This document shows, piece by piece, positions 12,001-26,870 of a stretch of DNA of 64,000 bases. The notes under the pieces are model-generated. The model had not been told where the DNA came from, ran no database searches, and saw only the letters and a list, made by a program, of their open reading frames with translations. The stretch is from Eledone cirrhosa. Its lineage: Eukaryota. Numbering within the stretch: position 1 is the first letter of the stretch; each line of letters starts with the position of its first letter. The position numbers were made by a program, and so were the translations under genes. The stretch is taken from assembly GCA_964016885.1 (NCBI GenBank), contig OZ024742.1:49228001-49292000 (forward strand), read 5' to 3'.

Positions 12001-12325
12001 GGGCGGAAGAACTCATAAGAGTCAACAGCCATCCAAAAGTGTGTAAATATGTATATACACATGTACCGCGTGGTTAAACCACTGGGAGTGAAGGACCCTA
12101 GCCTTTGTCAGGATATTCTTCTAGGAGGAGGCAACTCAGGAAACTGGGTTAACTCCGATATAAAACCTGCGGCTCAGTAGTTACCGATGATGTTGATCTT
12201 TTCTTCTTTTCGGGTTATAGCTACTGTCGCTCAGGCATTGCATGATAGAATTAATTAATAATTATTAATAATGGTATATCGTGCAATGGCCATACTCGAT
12301 AACGAGGGGGCAGCCATCATGTATG
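12001..12325 (+). mobile_element. Non-autonomous RTE-related element, partial (family of 50881-51490)
   Basis: Shares TAAGAGTCAA..GCCATCCAAAA, CTAGCCTTTGTCA, CTAGGAG..AACTC.GATATAA.ACCTGC, GATGTTGA and the terminal GGCC.TACTCGA.AACGAG..GGCAGCCA.CATGTAT with the minus strand of 50881-51330. Confidence 0.6.
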
Positions 12326-13035
12326 TCAGTATGCATGTATGTTTGTATGTATGATCCTTTTTTACAACATGAAAGAGTCGGGGTGTTAAGAATCACCGAA
12401 GCAGAACATTCACCATTGAAAAATATAGAGATAGATTGATAGTTAATCTAAATTACTTGTTGATAATATCTCCAGTTTTCAGTTGTATAGTTTTGACACA
12501 TATAATGTTGTTTAGGGGCACAAAGGAACAGTGATGTAGTGGTGGTTACAATCACCGTTGTTATTCTGCAGCTGCTATTGTTTTATGTAGTTTTCCATTT
12601 TAAGTCCTTGTTTGTTTTGTTTTTTTTCACCATTAATTATTCATTAAAGGAAAGGTGACTCACATGGTTCTTTTAAGCCCTCCCAGACTGATGAGATCAA
12701 TACTTTTGAAGTTCAGTTTGTCTTGTAGGCACCCCCAGACTGATTGTATCGATTCATTTGATGTTCAGATTGAAATGCTGTAGGTTATCGAAGCATGTAT
12801 AGGGTGGAGTGTGAAGACGTCGATAAGGTTGCGAATTCCAATATGGTTGGATGAATTATGGTGAAGAAGGATTGTATAATAAATGTTATATAATATTTCT
12901 TTAATATTAGTCGTTCAGTTAAGGTTTTCTTCCCCGTATAACTATAATAAATTAACTACTGCAAAAACCATTGTTTTATGCTGGGAAGAAATAATTTCTT
13001 TCGCCAAATTGTAACAAGGTTATGTTTGTAGCTTG

Positions 13036-13118
13036 TGTGTGAGTGAGTGAGTGAGTGAGTGAGTGAGTGAGTGAGTGAGTGAGTGAGTGAGTGAGTGAGT
13101 GAGTGAGTGAGTGAGCGT

Positions 13119-13153
<35 letters not shown>

Positions 13154-13222
13154 TGTATGTGTGTGTGAGAGTGTGTGTGTGTGTGTGTGTGAGAGTGTGT
13201 GTGTATGTGTGTGTATGTGTGT
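13036..13222. repeat. (GAGT)n plus (GT)n/(GA)n microsatellite
   Basis: Direct read. Confidence 0.95.
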
Positions 13223-14648
13223 CGAATGTGACTGAGGTCCATTCCATAGCCAGTCTTCTTGTGGTGTTTTACGACACTGCAATCTTTATCAATTACCCGT
13301 GATCAGTAACATATCGATAAACGCATGTTTCCTATATCAGGTGTATTTATGTCTGTTTGTGCGTGCGAGGGAGTATATGTGTGCATGTGTGTGTGTATGT
13401 ATATGTGTGTGTGTCTGTATTTGTGTATGTAGTGTATAACTGTGTTTTTCTATGAGTATGTATGTACCCAGAAGAGAAGATGAAGAGGAATGTGTTATTG
13501 CTCTAGTTACATTTGAACCTGTGCCAGCAGCACCTGGATAAATATTGAATATCATATCATGTATTTCGTCCCCTTCCCCACCAATACATAACAACACAAT
13601 ACTACTATTTTCTACTCATGCTGCTCTCTTCTTCGTCGTCTTCGTCTTCGTTGTTTTTGTCGCTCTCGTCATCGTCACCATCTTCTTCGTCGTTTTCTGC
13701 ATCTTCGTCTTCTTCATCTCCTCTCACCTGCCCTTTTCCCTCGGTACAACATACTTATTAGCCATGCGTCTACATTACCGCTTGACGTTCTGACGTCTTT
13801 GACCAGGCACCCAGCCAAATCTACTTTACCGAAAGACGGAGTAGTGTTGCTGGGATGGTGTGGGGAATAAGTGATAATGGAAAGCTCCCCCTCCACTTCG
13901 AATATTAGAGGGAGAGAAGACAGTTGGTCGTCAACCTACAGGAAATAGCAGCCACATTTCTCTCAAACCCCTCTCATACCGTGTATATATATTTCTTAAA
14001 GTGAGCGACGAAATATGTAGTGGACCTCCGTCGGTTTCGAGGATTAGTATTCCAGTTGATTGAACAACGGAACAGACTGCTTTTGAAACCAACGTGTTCG
14101 TGGCTGAGTATTCCACACACACGCGTAATTCTGCGTAAGAGCATGTGACGAGGCTTGTCGTTTGAATTACCGGTACAGTAGATAAAACGGGCTTCAGAAC
14201 AGTTTCTGTTTATCCAGTTTCACTCATAAAGCATGAGTCGTCCCCTGCTATGCTAAATGACACTTGCCCAAGTTGCCATGCCGTAAGATCGAACTCAATA
14301 CTTAAATATTGCGAATCAATCTATTTAACTATTCCGTCATGCTGCGTCCACAAAGACACTAATATAGTCTAGATATACTGTGTTTGGATAAAAGACATGA
14401 TGTTCACAGCTGGAACGCTTTAGCTCATAGGTCTACACTATTAAGGCTGACTTGGGACTAAACAGTAACTACAACAATTGGTAGTTTAATTTAACGACTG
14501 CTTTTCTCAGGATAAATGAATGCTGGCTTATTCGATATTTTGTGTTGAAATGTAACACTTCATTCTCTACGATCTGTTTCATTATAAGTAAACCAACGAG
14601 GCTAATTACTCAAAAACACCATAATCATGGCGAAAAGAACAATCTATA

Positions 14649-14691
14649 CTTCGCTGATGAGTTCTAAGTAAGACCGAAATATGTCCAAAGC
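14649..14691 (+). ncRNA. Degenerate minimal hammerhead motif
   Basis: CTTCG-CTGATGA-GTTCT.AAGTA.AGACC-GAAA-TAT-GTC-CAAAG; single mismatches in each stem. Confidence 0.45.
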
Positions 14692-15913
14692 TATCATTAG
14701 GTTGATGTATTTTTCTCACGTGTTTCTATGTATGGTTAAAACCTAAATTTCACAATATGGTATCTGAATGATATGAAACGGTAGAGCATCAACTAATTGT
14801 CTCAGGGTATTTTAATTATGTCAATTGATGTTATGAGGCTTTCAAATTCCACCCTGATTTCAATGTAAACAATCACCTATAGACCTTTCGGCACATTCTA
14901 GATATTTATAGATTAATATACAGATTCCGATAAAACTGATTATGGTCTTAATTTATACTATGTAGTCCATGGTAAGATTTATAGAAAATTTGACTCAGAT
15001 TGCGACAATCGAACTCATTGCATTTTCTCGTAAATACTCCTCTAAACATTTATCATTGGGCAAACGGAAAATCCTATAATTTCCAATCCATTATATCCAC
15101 TTTCCAGTGGTGAAGCAATGGCTATACACGTCTAGGAGCAAAGGCATTTTCTGTCCACACCCCTTAATCAACATTCATGACAGGCCAGAGAGAATGTTGT
15201 ACCCGGGGGCGACTATCCATCACACCCGCTTTTCTACAACTCTATACCTTTCAGCAAGTTGGTATTGTGATGTCGACATTTCACACCAGTACCATAAATA
15301 GATAAATAGGATAGTGTACCCTATGTAATAATAATCATTACTCGAATCCTTTGTCCAATGAATAAGGTAGGATGGTAATGTGTGGGTTTCACATTTCAAT
15401 TGGCTTCAAGGTCTACTAACTTGCACTAAGTTAGATTTCTTTCAGTGAACACACACAGTGAAAACATGTTAACTCGGGTGTCTCTGCATTAAAAGTACAA
15501 CTATTTGAGGAAAGACATCAAATAATGTATAGAATAAACTGTTCGCGTAGGGTATGTTTTTTTAAAGAAATTCTCGAATTGTCGAGTCGTTATCAAATTG
15601 GAAGAGGGTATGGCCGTGTTGTTAACTGTTTTGCTTTACAGCACTGTGTTCGGTGATACCTTAATGAAGTGTCTTTTACTATATTCTCGGGTTAACGAAA
15701 GATTTGTAAATGAAATTTGGCAGGCGGAAATCTTGTGGCAGTCTGTTTGAAAGAGCATTCTTAACACGGCCATCTGTTTCCCGTGTACATTTAGAAGAGC
15801 CCACTCTATTGCAAGCAATCGGGCCAAATCACGATTCGGAGGATAACTTCTAAACTTTCACTGAAAAAAGCCAAGTGCCCCAACTATCCCACCATTGGCT
15901 AACTCTTAAAGAT

Positions 15914-16096
15914 AATTGTTTCTACTTTAGGCACAAGGCCAGCAATTACCCAGTGCATTACTGGTACTTTATTTTATCGACCCCGTAAGGATGAAAGGCA
16001 AAGTCAACCTCGGCAGGATTTGAACTCAGATCGTAAAGGGATGTAACTATGCTGGAAAGCATGGCGTCTGACCCTCTACCGATACTGCCAATCCAC
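15914..16096 (-). mobile_element. Meta-like tRNA SINE
   Basis: Near-identical to 51789-51976. Confidence 0.85.
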
Positions 16097-17518
16097 AGTA
16101 AAAGAATCTATTTTTCTTGATGTAGCGTCAGACGGGGTCAACGTAGTTAAGAAGTTTGCATTTCAATAATGAAGTTCTGGGATTGATTCCACTGTGAGGC
16201 AAGTATTTGTTTTTTTCCATAGCCCCAGTGTAATTAGGTAGCCGTCAGTCGAACTGTGCTTGTAATTCAAAGAGTCAGAATTATCACACATATTCACACA
16301 GAGCCTGCTGAAGAATACGTTACAGATACAAGTATCTGCGGAATACTCCACCGTTTCCTCTGTAGCATCATGAACTGGTAGTTCCGTTGATGAAATTACG
16401 TGGACTTCTCATTCGTGGAAACCTACACTAAATCCATTCAAGTGTTAGATGTTCTAAATTCCTCCCAATCATAATCCTGTTCCAAGTAGTTTTCACTAAG
16501 TCCCACTTTAATTCTACAATGTCTGCTTTCAAAAGCTTATGAAAAATGATTACCACGTATTTTCCAATGTTAGAAAACATTGTTGCGTCTCTACGGAATT
16601 TGATTATTTATTCATCTATTTATTTATTTATTTATATATATTATTCGATTTATCTTGATCAAAGTTAGTTGCCATTTACATATTGGAACTTTTATTTATT
16701 TATTTATCTCGTGTACATCAAACCGTTCGAAATTTTAACATACTCCATTTTCTTAAATCTCTAGTTATCTTATCTGAAGATTTTCATGAATATTGAGATC
16801 AATGATTAATTTTTTTTCCAATTTATCTGATTGCCTCTTTCGTTACGTCATATGTTATTTTTCTTTAATTTACTACTTTATATTTGTATTTTTCTTCGTT
16901 GTATATTTGATTTTCTATTATTTTGTTATTTTTTTGTTATTTATTTCTTTATTTATTCGCCGTTAGCCCTTTCACAATCGAAGTAAAATATTTCCGTTTC
17001 TATTTTCACTCAACGTCCTAAAAATAATGTTTATTTTATATATTTTCATTTGGCTTTAATCTCAACTCTGCTGCAATTTAACTATTAACTTCCTGCAGCA
17101 CATGAAACCATATTAGCAAGACATTCTTGATAAGTCCCAAAAACAGCATTATGATTTCATCACATTGACATGTAAAGTGTTTATGACAATACTGCAAATT
17201 TTATGATGATTTATCCTATAGCAAATATACTATAAACGTTTGAATTAATAAATTTGTTTTTAAATATTTTCTGCTAACTCATTGCAGGTTATTTATTATA
17301 ATGTTACTACTGAAAGCTTTTACAGTATCAAAGACGCTATGAATATTTGAATCAAGGGACACCATTTGTCGATATTTTCTACTGAATAACAGAAGGCTTT
17401 GAGTTAACCACATCATTGCATTAAAATAAATCAGTTACTGCATCTTACATTTACGAAAAGATAAAAAAAAAAAAAGAATGAAGATTGCAGCTAAGACATT
17501 TTCTGTAAAGAATTCCAG

Positions 17519-17532
17519 GTTGTCATGGCAAC
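17519..17532. promoter_or_regulatory. RFX X-box-like palindrome
   Basis: GTTGTCATGGCAAC, one mismatch from GTTGCCATGGCAAC, in non-repetitive-looking sequence. Confidence 0.35.
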
Positions 17533-18300
17533 TAGCAAAACGTCTATCATCATATACAAGTTTATCAAGTTTGTTGATATTTCAAACTGTATTGGAAAGA
17601 ATATAGCGGATCTGAAGGTCCAAGATATTACAGGATTATCTTGAGAAACAATAAATATACATAGCACCTCCGTCTGCTTCGACGTTATATGGTATGGTTG
17701 TGTAAACAACGGATCTATCTACGTTTTGAATTTGTTAAGTATTCAACAGTAGACATTTCTACCAATAATTCGATCCTCGGGCAAAGTAACCGTGATAGAG
17801 TGAGTGACAAGGTCGGCCCTTTGAATTGCAGGTACAGTTCACTAGATGGTGACTGATAAATTCGTCATTCATCTTCATTTGATCAATCTCGACGGAGAAT
17901 TGCTACGTGAATGAGAATTGGGAGAGACACTATGGGAGTCTCCTGAAAACACAACCAAATTTCTTTCAAATCATACTTTACAATCTATGAAAAATGACAT
18001 GTTGAATACTATTACCCTGGCTTCTCTGTCTACAGGAGATTGAGGATGTGAATTGAGAATATCGCGTGGAAATATGTGTAAACTCAAAGGTTTCGCTTGT
18101 AAATGACAACATTGAGAAAGCATCTACTCGTATTTCAACAGTTCCTTGCCTATAAATTAAGTACCAGTGTAATACTACGATCCTTTTAATTGACTATTCA
18201 TCTTCGGCGAAATGTGGGAGTTTTTGTACCTATGTTAGGAATTATTATTATTATTATTAATGTATTTTTTATGTAAATCATTTATGGTCAATAAAGAAAA

Positions 18301-18301
<1 letters not shown>

Positions 18302-18364
<63 letters not shown>
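18302..18364. repeat. (ATT)n microsatellite
   Basis: Direct read. Confidence 0.95.
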
Positions 18365-18365
<1 letters not shown>

Positions 18366-18502
18366 GCATTCTCATGTTACTTAATACTGTGACTCTGAAT
18401 GTGCATCTGTCACATTCCTGAAACCAGATTCTACTAATTCCTACCACACATTCTTATCAACTAATATTACGTATCTTAAAGCAAGGAAAACACGTTTTAT
18501 TT

Positions 18503-18553
18503 GTTTGGTTGTGTGGAAATAACCAAAGAGTTTCTCTCTCTCCCCTTCCTCTC

Positions 18554-18621
<68 letters not shown>

Positions 18622-18681
18622 TAGAGAGCGGAAGGGGAGAGGGAGAGAGAGAAACTCTTTGGTTATTCCCACACAACCAAA
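18503..18681. repeat. Inverted repeat (about 55-bp arms) centred on a (TA)n tract
   Basis: TTTGGTTGTGTGGAAATAACCAAAGAGTTTCTCTCTC... / ...GAGAGAGAAACTCTTTGGTTATTCCCACACAACCAAA. Confidence 0.85.
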
Positions 18682-18739
18682 TTCTGAAACATACTCGTAC
18701 ACACACACACACATACCCCCCCCCCCCACACACACACAT

Positions 18740-18794
<55 letters not shown>

Positions 18795-19387
18795 AATGGA
18801 GAAAGCTAATAGCGATACTCCGGCCAAATTCCAACTCACTCAACAAACATTAGGAAATATCTGAGTATATTCCTAATTAAACGTTCGGTGTGCTAATTAT
18901 ATTGTATTGTGTGGAGAATTGGCTGTATCACTTCATATGAGATATATCAAATATATCACTTCCCAGACGACCTGTTTCATATATATATATATATATTTAC
19001 TATTTTACTGGGTTTCAGTCATTGGACTGAGGCCATGCTGTAACCACGGCTTCACTAAATTTAGTCGATCTTCTCGATGCTTATTTTCTCAATATTAATC
19101 TTTTGACGAACCGCTAGTTACGGGACATAAACAAATAAAAAAGTAAAGGCAGTAAAAGTAAAGGCCGACACGGACACCCCTTCCGCAATCACACAAACAC
19201 AAATATATATTAGGGGTGGAGGTGTGCGTGGTTGCTATTATTATAATTTGAAAAGAAAAGAAAAAAAGAGAGGCTGAAGTGGAACTAAAGGTCAACAAAT
19301 ACCAGCAGAAGAGGTTGGCTACTGTCCAGCTTGAAGGATATTAGCTGTTTTTAGGATTTTGTGTGTGTGTGCTTTCGTCATAAGCGC

Positions 19388-19435
<48 letters not shown>

Positions 19436-19450
19436 GTGTGTGCGTGTATT

Positions 19451-19498
<48 letters not shown>

Positions 19499-20463
19499 GT
19501 AGAACACTGGAAGGTAATATCCGTAGTAGTAGAGCACTCAGTCCATGGGACGAGTATATATATATATATATATATAAATATTCATTCACACATATAAACA
19601 TGCATACACACACATATAACATATATTGCATGAGTATATATATATATATATGTATGCATATACCCGCTCTATTTTGTAACTATATATATTTCACACAAAA
19701 ACCCTTAGTTGTACATGTTAGCGTTTCACTCTTCATACTCTTTTTAGTACTTGTATGTTGATTACTCCGGCCCTTTAATAGAAACCCTGACGATCATGTG
19801 ATGTGTACACACACGCATCTTGTCACACACACGTACACACTTAAGCATACATAAACCGCTCATGGATTTCTTATAGGCTCTCTGTCCGCGCACGCACCCA
19901 CCCACACACACACACGTACACAAACACGCCTACACGAAGGCAAAGTGTGTGTATGTGTGTATTCCCATTTTGGACGGAAAAAATAGATTGAAGTAATCAA
20001 TTTATCGAGTACTTAATACATATCAAATAAATGACTCTTTCAAAACTAGTTCTGTTTCATTCGTAAAGAATTCGCCGTGACGGCGACTTGCTGAGATCCT
20101 CAGACACATTCTTTAGCAAGGAAATAGAACTAGCCATGATAAGTCATTTATTTGATACATAGGTTATGTGGTTAGGGCATGCACTTCACAACCAATTGGT
20201 TTCAGTTTAAGTCTCGGGGCTTGGCACCTTGAGCTCGTGACTTCTTGTGAGTTAAATTAATAAGACAATAACTTTACTTAAGCCCAACGTGTGTGTGTGT
20301 GTTGTGTGCGTCTCTTTGTTGACATAGCAGTTCGACATAAAGAAATCGATAAAATAAGTACTAAGGTGTCGATATGATCTTTAAGTCACTTCAAGGCAGT
20401 GTATCAGCATGACTGCTGTCTAATAACTGAAACATGTGAAAAAACATAGAAAGAAAAAGGAGT

Positions 20464-20516
<53 letters not shown>

Positions 20517-20761
20517 CGTATCTGTCTATGTGGTAAAGGAACACACATGATGGTCACAATTCGTCTAATTGATGTATTTATTCAATGCGAGTGATCTATA
20601 CCTAATTAGTAACTAGTTGGGGCTATGAACTATCTATTTATTTACCTACCAAGACTCCCACTGTATTCCCCACTCAAAACCGTCTCAACATATACAGTCT
20701 AATAGTCTATGCCTATTAGTCAATGTTTATATTCATTTTTTCAGATCCCTTTTGTCATACA

Positions 20762-20820
<59 letters not shown>

Positions 20821-21511
20821 AATTTCCGTTCAGCAGATTCTACTCACAAAGTCAACCGAAGACACTTAGCTAATGAGCAACGAAGTTGAATCGAACTCGG
20901 ACTATGTGATTGCAGAGTAAATAGCCATGTCTGCGCCTTATGTACACACACATACACTTACACACAGCCTTAAGTATCTCACCAAAGTTTTTGGCATATG
21001 CAAACACGCACATAACATTAAGTACATCCCTCTCCTCGCTATATCAGACTCCACATTAAGTTCAACCGCACCTTCCTGGAAATATTTCCAGAAACACTCA
21101 CAAGCATACAATTACTACGACCACTTTAACACCCATCCACGCTCACCCGTTACTTTAAGTTAATTACCTAATTAACAGTAGACGTGTTTCTGGAATCAAC
21201 AACCTATATACGTATTTAACCAACATCTTTTGTACCCTCTCCTCTTCAATGAGACAGTCTTAATTTACACACTAATATAATTTACTTGACCGGATCTATC
21301 TGCTTGAAAACGGCGATCGAAAGGTGAAAGGGCGATGCCTTAACGTAATCATTCATACTAATGAGATACAAGGGTTGGGGGTACTGGAAAAATGGGATTC
21401 AAGTTAAGCTAAACCTACAAAAAACGGGTTGAACACGGTTTGAATGCCTTGCTCATTCTAATCAGACTTGGTGCTACAGCAGCAGCAACAATGACCTACA
21501 AGTTGATGATG

Positions 21512-21548
<37 letters not shown>

Positions 21549-21550
<2 letters not shown>

Positions 21551-21735
21551 CAAAGGAATTGTGGTAAGGAACCAGATGGACAATAACACAGCAGAGTACT
21601 CAATACTTAGGGTAGTAGAGTGGAAAATAGGAAAAAATATGACCCCAACGGCAGAGCTCAAGCCGTTTCGACGGCTATTTCTGGTCCAGAAATAGCCGTC
21701 GAAACGGCTTGAGCTCTGCCGTCGGAGTCAGACTT

Positions 21736-21740
<5 letters not shown>
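21549..21740 (-). mobile_element. Hairpin-plus-tail element, copy 3
   Basis: Same tail and arm sequence as copies 1 and 2; hairpin centre at 21685 (CTGG-T-CCAG); between (TA)n tracts. Confidence 0.8.
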
Positions 21741-21808
<68 letters not shown>

Positions 21809-22661
21809 GATTATATATATATATATGTGTGTGTGTAATAAAATTAAGATAATTGACAGAGAGAAAACAAAGGAAAACAAGGCAAAACGAAAATAAGTAT
21901 ATATATATTTAATTAATAATGAAAATAATAACAACAAAGTCGAGTTATGTTACATATTCATATCATTGTTTTACTGGATTACTCAACATCAGATTATATT
22001 GAGCTCTATCTACGGTACGGACCCTACCACCAAGGGTAGACCGCACCGAAAAAAATGTATATATATATATATATCAACAAGGTAAAATACAATAAATTGA
22101 TGTTATAATAGTTTAACGTTTCATATTGTAGGGAACAAGTCTTCTTAACGTTTGGACATAAGTCCTTCATCGGAAAATAGAAAGGGAGAAATATGAAAAT
22201 AGAAGGGCGTAAAAAAAGAAGGAAAACAGGAATGAAAGTAGATTTTGGAAATAGTGTATGTTCCCATTTACAACAATATTTTAAGGGAACGTACTCAATA
22301 CATAAGACTGGATACAAGGTTTTGGAAATCAACTAAGACGAATACTAGACTCATTAATATATTTGAAAAAACTCATAAATATAAATAGTGTTTATTGCAT
22401 GCACGCCCATAAAGCATTTCAAAGATTAATGCTGAAATAAGAAACAATCTCTCTCTCTATACAAACATACATATATATATTGTTTGTTTGACTGTGTATC
22501 TTCTTCTTGTGACATATTTTTTATCTGATTCTTTCTCTCACTATCCCGCCTCTCTCACTTCTCTCTCATAATCTGTCTTCTCCCCTCCCACACAAACACT
22601 CACTTTTGTCTGTGTCTCCCCCTCCCTCCTATTCTTTATGTCTCACTCTCTTACACTACCA

Positions 22662-22842
22662 AAATTGTTCCTACTTTTGGCACAAGGCCAGCAATTACCC
22701 AGTGCATTACTGGTGCTTTATTTTATCGACCCCGTAAGGATGAAAGGCAAAGTTAACCTCGACGGGATTTGAACTCAGAACACAAAGCGACATAATTCTA
22801 TGCTACAAAGCATGGTGTCTGACGCTCTACCGATACTGCCAA
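22662..22842 (-). mobile_element. Meta-like tRNA SINE
   Basis: Homology to the other copies. Confidence 0.8.
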
Positions 22843-23306
22843 AAAACAATGACAGTAAGGTGAGACTGATGATATTTAGCTTTTTGATGAACTCTTCATA
22901 TCGATTTCCAAATATATCAGTAAAATATGCCACAGATTTACAACACAGTGTTGTAACGCTCATTCCATTCCTTGTTGTGCTTGGCTCATTTATTGTTATT
23001 GGTCTTAACCTCTCACGAAAAGACTGACCTATAATCAAAGGTGTTCCAGATTCAATGTATTGAAGACTACGTTATTCAATATTCCTTTCGTAGGAAGGTA
23101 GGTTAGGATGTAACAGGAATTTAGCCACTATTTCTAGCAAATCACGGTAGCAATTAAAGGCCAACAATCTTTATTCAGCTAACAGTTTTAAAAAAAAACA
23201 TTTCTAAATTGTTCCACTCTATCCACAATTTACCACGTACAAATAAGGACTTGTGATTTTTTCTCTTTCACTATTGTGACCTATCACCAGATGAAACGTG
23301 TGTGCG

Positions 23307-23362
<56 letters not shown>

Positions 23363-23559
23363 AATGCATGACATATTTAGAGAGGTGCAGTGCGACAAAG
23401 TAGGTGACAATAAAATAACTAGATTGCAGAGATTAAGGGGAATTAATCCTTATCATAAATGCTCGAAGGAAATATAACTTACGGAGGAAAAATAATTAAA
23501 TATAATCGACTCTAGTAGAATGACCTTTTTAATCCGTTACCTGCAGTATAAGACTATAA

Positions 23560-23716
23560 TACACACTCACACACACACACACACATATATTGGGTGTGTG
23601 TGTGTATATACACTTTATACATACATATATACATATATACACATATACATACATACATATACATATATACATCTATACATATATACACATATACACATAT
23701 ACATACATACATATAC

Positions 23717-23791
<75 letters not shown>

Positions 23792-24133
23792 AAAAAATGA
23801 AACGAAATTTCATTTCTCACTCTTAGTACGGCTTTAACTTAACTATAAGTATGTATACGTACATACATACATGTATACAGACGTACAGTACTCTACGTCT
23901 GTATACATGTATGTATGCACCTATACATATATATATATATACATATATCCATATATACATATATATATACATATATATACATATTTATATACATATATAT
24001 ATACACACGTATATATATATATATATATGTGTGTGTATACATATATATATATATATATACATATATACGAATATCGATTTATATATATAAATCTATATAC
24101 GTATATATGTATATATGTATATATGTATATATG

Positions 24134-24178
<45 letters not shown>

Positions 24179-24227
24179 GAATATGGATTTATATATATAA
24201 ATCTATATACGTATATATGTATATATG

Positions 24228-24301
<74 letters not shown>

Positions 24302-24388
24302 TATATATATATGTATATATGTATAAATATATGTATATATGTGTATATATATATGTATATATATTTATATATGTATATATATATGTAT

Positions 24389-24464
<76 letters not shown>

Positions 24465-24522
24465 GTATATATATATATTTATATATGTATATATATGTAT
24501 ATATGTATATATATATATATAT
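23560..24522. repeat. About 1 kb degenerate (TA)/(TACA)/(TG) low-complexity array
   Basis: Direct read; includes a duplicated unit ACGAATAT.GATTTATATATATAAATCTATATACGTAT. Confidence 0.9.
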
Positions 24523-24523
24523 A

Positions 24524-25310
24524 CCAGCAGCAATACCCAGCGTTGCCTGGGTAGGTAAAATAATATCTGCTTTGATGAAAAGGTGTTGATCTTAGCGACT
24601 ACTTCTCGATGACTCATCTATGGCCACACACAGGCCATGAGGGGGAGGGTGGTGATGACCTCTATCACTGAGAAACGCGGGTGACTGACGAAGGGGCACG
24701 CTGGGAGTGGGAGTTTCGAATTTGAATGAAATCGGTTGAAAAATAAGAGAGCTAGAGCCGAAAAGGCGGAAATTTGAGCGAAAAGGTGGTATTTTCGAAA
24801 ATTAAAGCGGCTGCCACGCCATTCCTGAAAAAAAATCAAAAATGTTAAACCACTGTAAGACGTGAAATAATCAGATCTAGCGTAGTGTAAAATTTGAACA
24901 AAGTAGGTTAATTAATGTGGGAGCTAGAGACGAAAAAGTGGAAATTTGAGTCTAAAGGTGGTATTTTTGAATATTTAGGCGGCTGCCACGCCGCCCCAGA
25001 ACAACAAATGCAAAATATAAAGCCATTACAAAATTATATTTTGCTTTCAAATTTGAACGAAATCGGTGGCAAAATGTGGGAGCTAGAGCCAAAAATCTTA
25101 TTTTTCAATACCTAAAAAAAGGTAACCCATCCTATCGATTTTTATCTGCAGAATAAACGCGGAATAAATAAAACGATACGCTGATACATAGAAAAGACTC
25201 CCCGATGACTAATCTATGAGCCTGTAAAGTTTCATGAAAATCGGTCGTAAGATGTAGGCCCCTATAGGTAATACACAGACACACACACACATACTTAATT
25301 TTATATATAT
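24524..25310 (-). mobile_element. Non-autonomous Helitron-like element
   Basis: Minus-strand 3' end: hairpin TACCCAG-GCAACG-CTGGGTA then CTGG|T (CTRR). 5' end TATATATAAAATTAAGTATGTGTG..TCTGTG resembles 4428; internal AAATTTGA..GAAATCGG sub-repeats. Confidence 0.7.
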
Positions 25311-25398
25311 ATTCTATTCTATTCTATGGCGGGTAAAATTCCCGAGATCTATGGACGAGTTCTCTCCAGCGGTCTCTGTCCCTCATTATCCTGCGTCT

Positions 25399-25470
<72 letters not shown>

Positions 25471-25495
25471 CATATATATTCACACACACACTCAC

Positions 25496-25563
<68 letters not shown>

Positions 25564-25755
25564 GGTGTGGGATGCTGAAAGCGTCTGTAACTCTGCTTCG
25601 TACAATCGAGACGTATCTGAAGACCTTGCGATTTTATTTTAGAGTCAGGTTCGATAATTACATCAATCGTGCCTTGAGCTGGTCGCCAGAGAAACGATTG
25701 TAATATGTCTAACAAATGTTATTCGTCGCAACACTGATCCGCCGCTTCTTATGTG

Positions 25756-25822
<67 letters not shown>

Positions 25823-26399
25823 CGTATATAATATATATAAAGTAATATGGACGGATGATTTTAGAATACAGCTAAAGCAACCAAGATGTTAGTGTGTCAC
25901 CTCTTATTTTATTTACCTGCCCTAATATTTTTGGTCAGAAAACTGTTCATATAATAAAAAAAACTGGATCGAAGTTCATGCTATTGTTGTTGTTACCGGA
26001 CTGGCATTTTTCTTCCTTCTTTTTTTAGTGGTGCTGTTGAAAGTGATAGGAGAGTGACGTCGTCTGAGGACTGATGTGTGTAATGTTGTGTGTGCGTGTG
26101 TGTATGTTCCTGTACAATATTGTGTGCTTTTATTTATGTTTTAAGTTACATGGTTCGATGAAAATACTGTGTCAAGCTTCAGAAGATTGATAGTTTGACT
26201 ATTCTGGATTGAATTATGTAATTCCGCTTGTGTATGTATATATCGTGCATGTATATATCGAATGCTGAGTATCTATATGCAATTGTCTATTAGAGTTGTC
26301 TATTATGCGTGTTTGCGTTATTATGTCAGAAGCTATGTGTGCATTTTTATGTTAAGTATTGCGTGTTGAGTTCTAATCTATTGTTGGTTGTAGTTTAGA

Positions 26400-26870
26400 C
26401 TAGCTGTTAGTACTCCTACTTTGATTCTATGTTTGCCTAAGTTCCTCTCACTGGCTTAGATGGTAACTGTTAGGTCTTTGTTTGTTTTTTTTTCCATTTG
26501 TCTGAGTGTTTTCTGAAGGAGGATGCTCTTTTCGGGATGCCATTTCATGGTGGATGTTGGGTATCCATTAACTTTTAATACTTCTAGGAAATGTACCCTG
26601 TTGGTCCTTTACCTTGCTGCATTTGTTATGAATAAGTGTGAAATCGTTCCTTATGTATCTTGTTTTAGCCCCGAAGCGGTGGGCCGATTTATAATGGACA
26701 AACAGGTCTTTGTAGATGGCTTTCCTGTAGAGGTTGGTGTGAATGTCACCTTTCATCATCCTCAGTTGGACATCGTGTAGGGACAGGGAGCCAGTGTTGT
26801 CAGGGTGTACTACGCTGAACCGTAAATTACCGTCCACGTTCGCGAACGTCTTTGCTATTTTGTAGAAATT
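26400..26870 (-). pseudogene. Penelope-like RT C-terminal (thumb) remnant
   Basis: LRFSV...SLSLHDV...IHTNLYRK...LFVHYKSAH...K...IRN corresponds to the PLE F(T)..E..LPFLDV...T..YRKP....H..S.H pattern. Confidence 0.7.

Noticed and set aside
12688-12720. CTGATGA as a hammerhead core
   Set aside because: No correctly placed GAAA or pairing stems; part of a small local tandem duplication.
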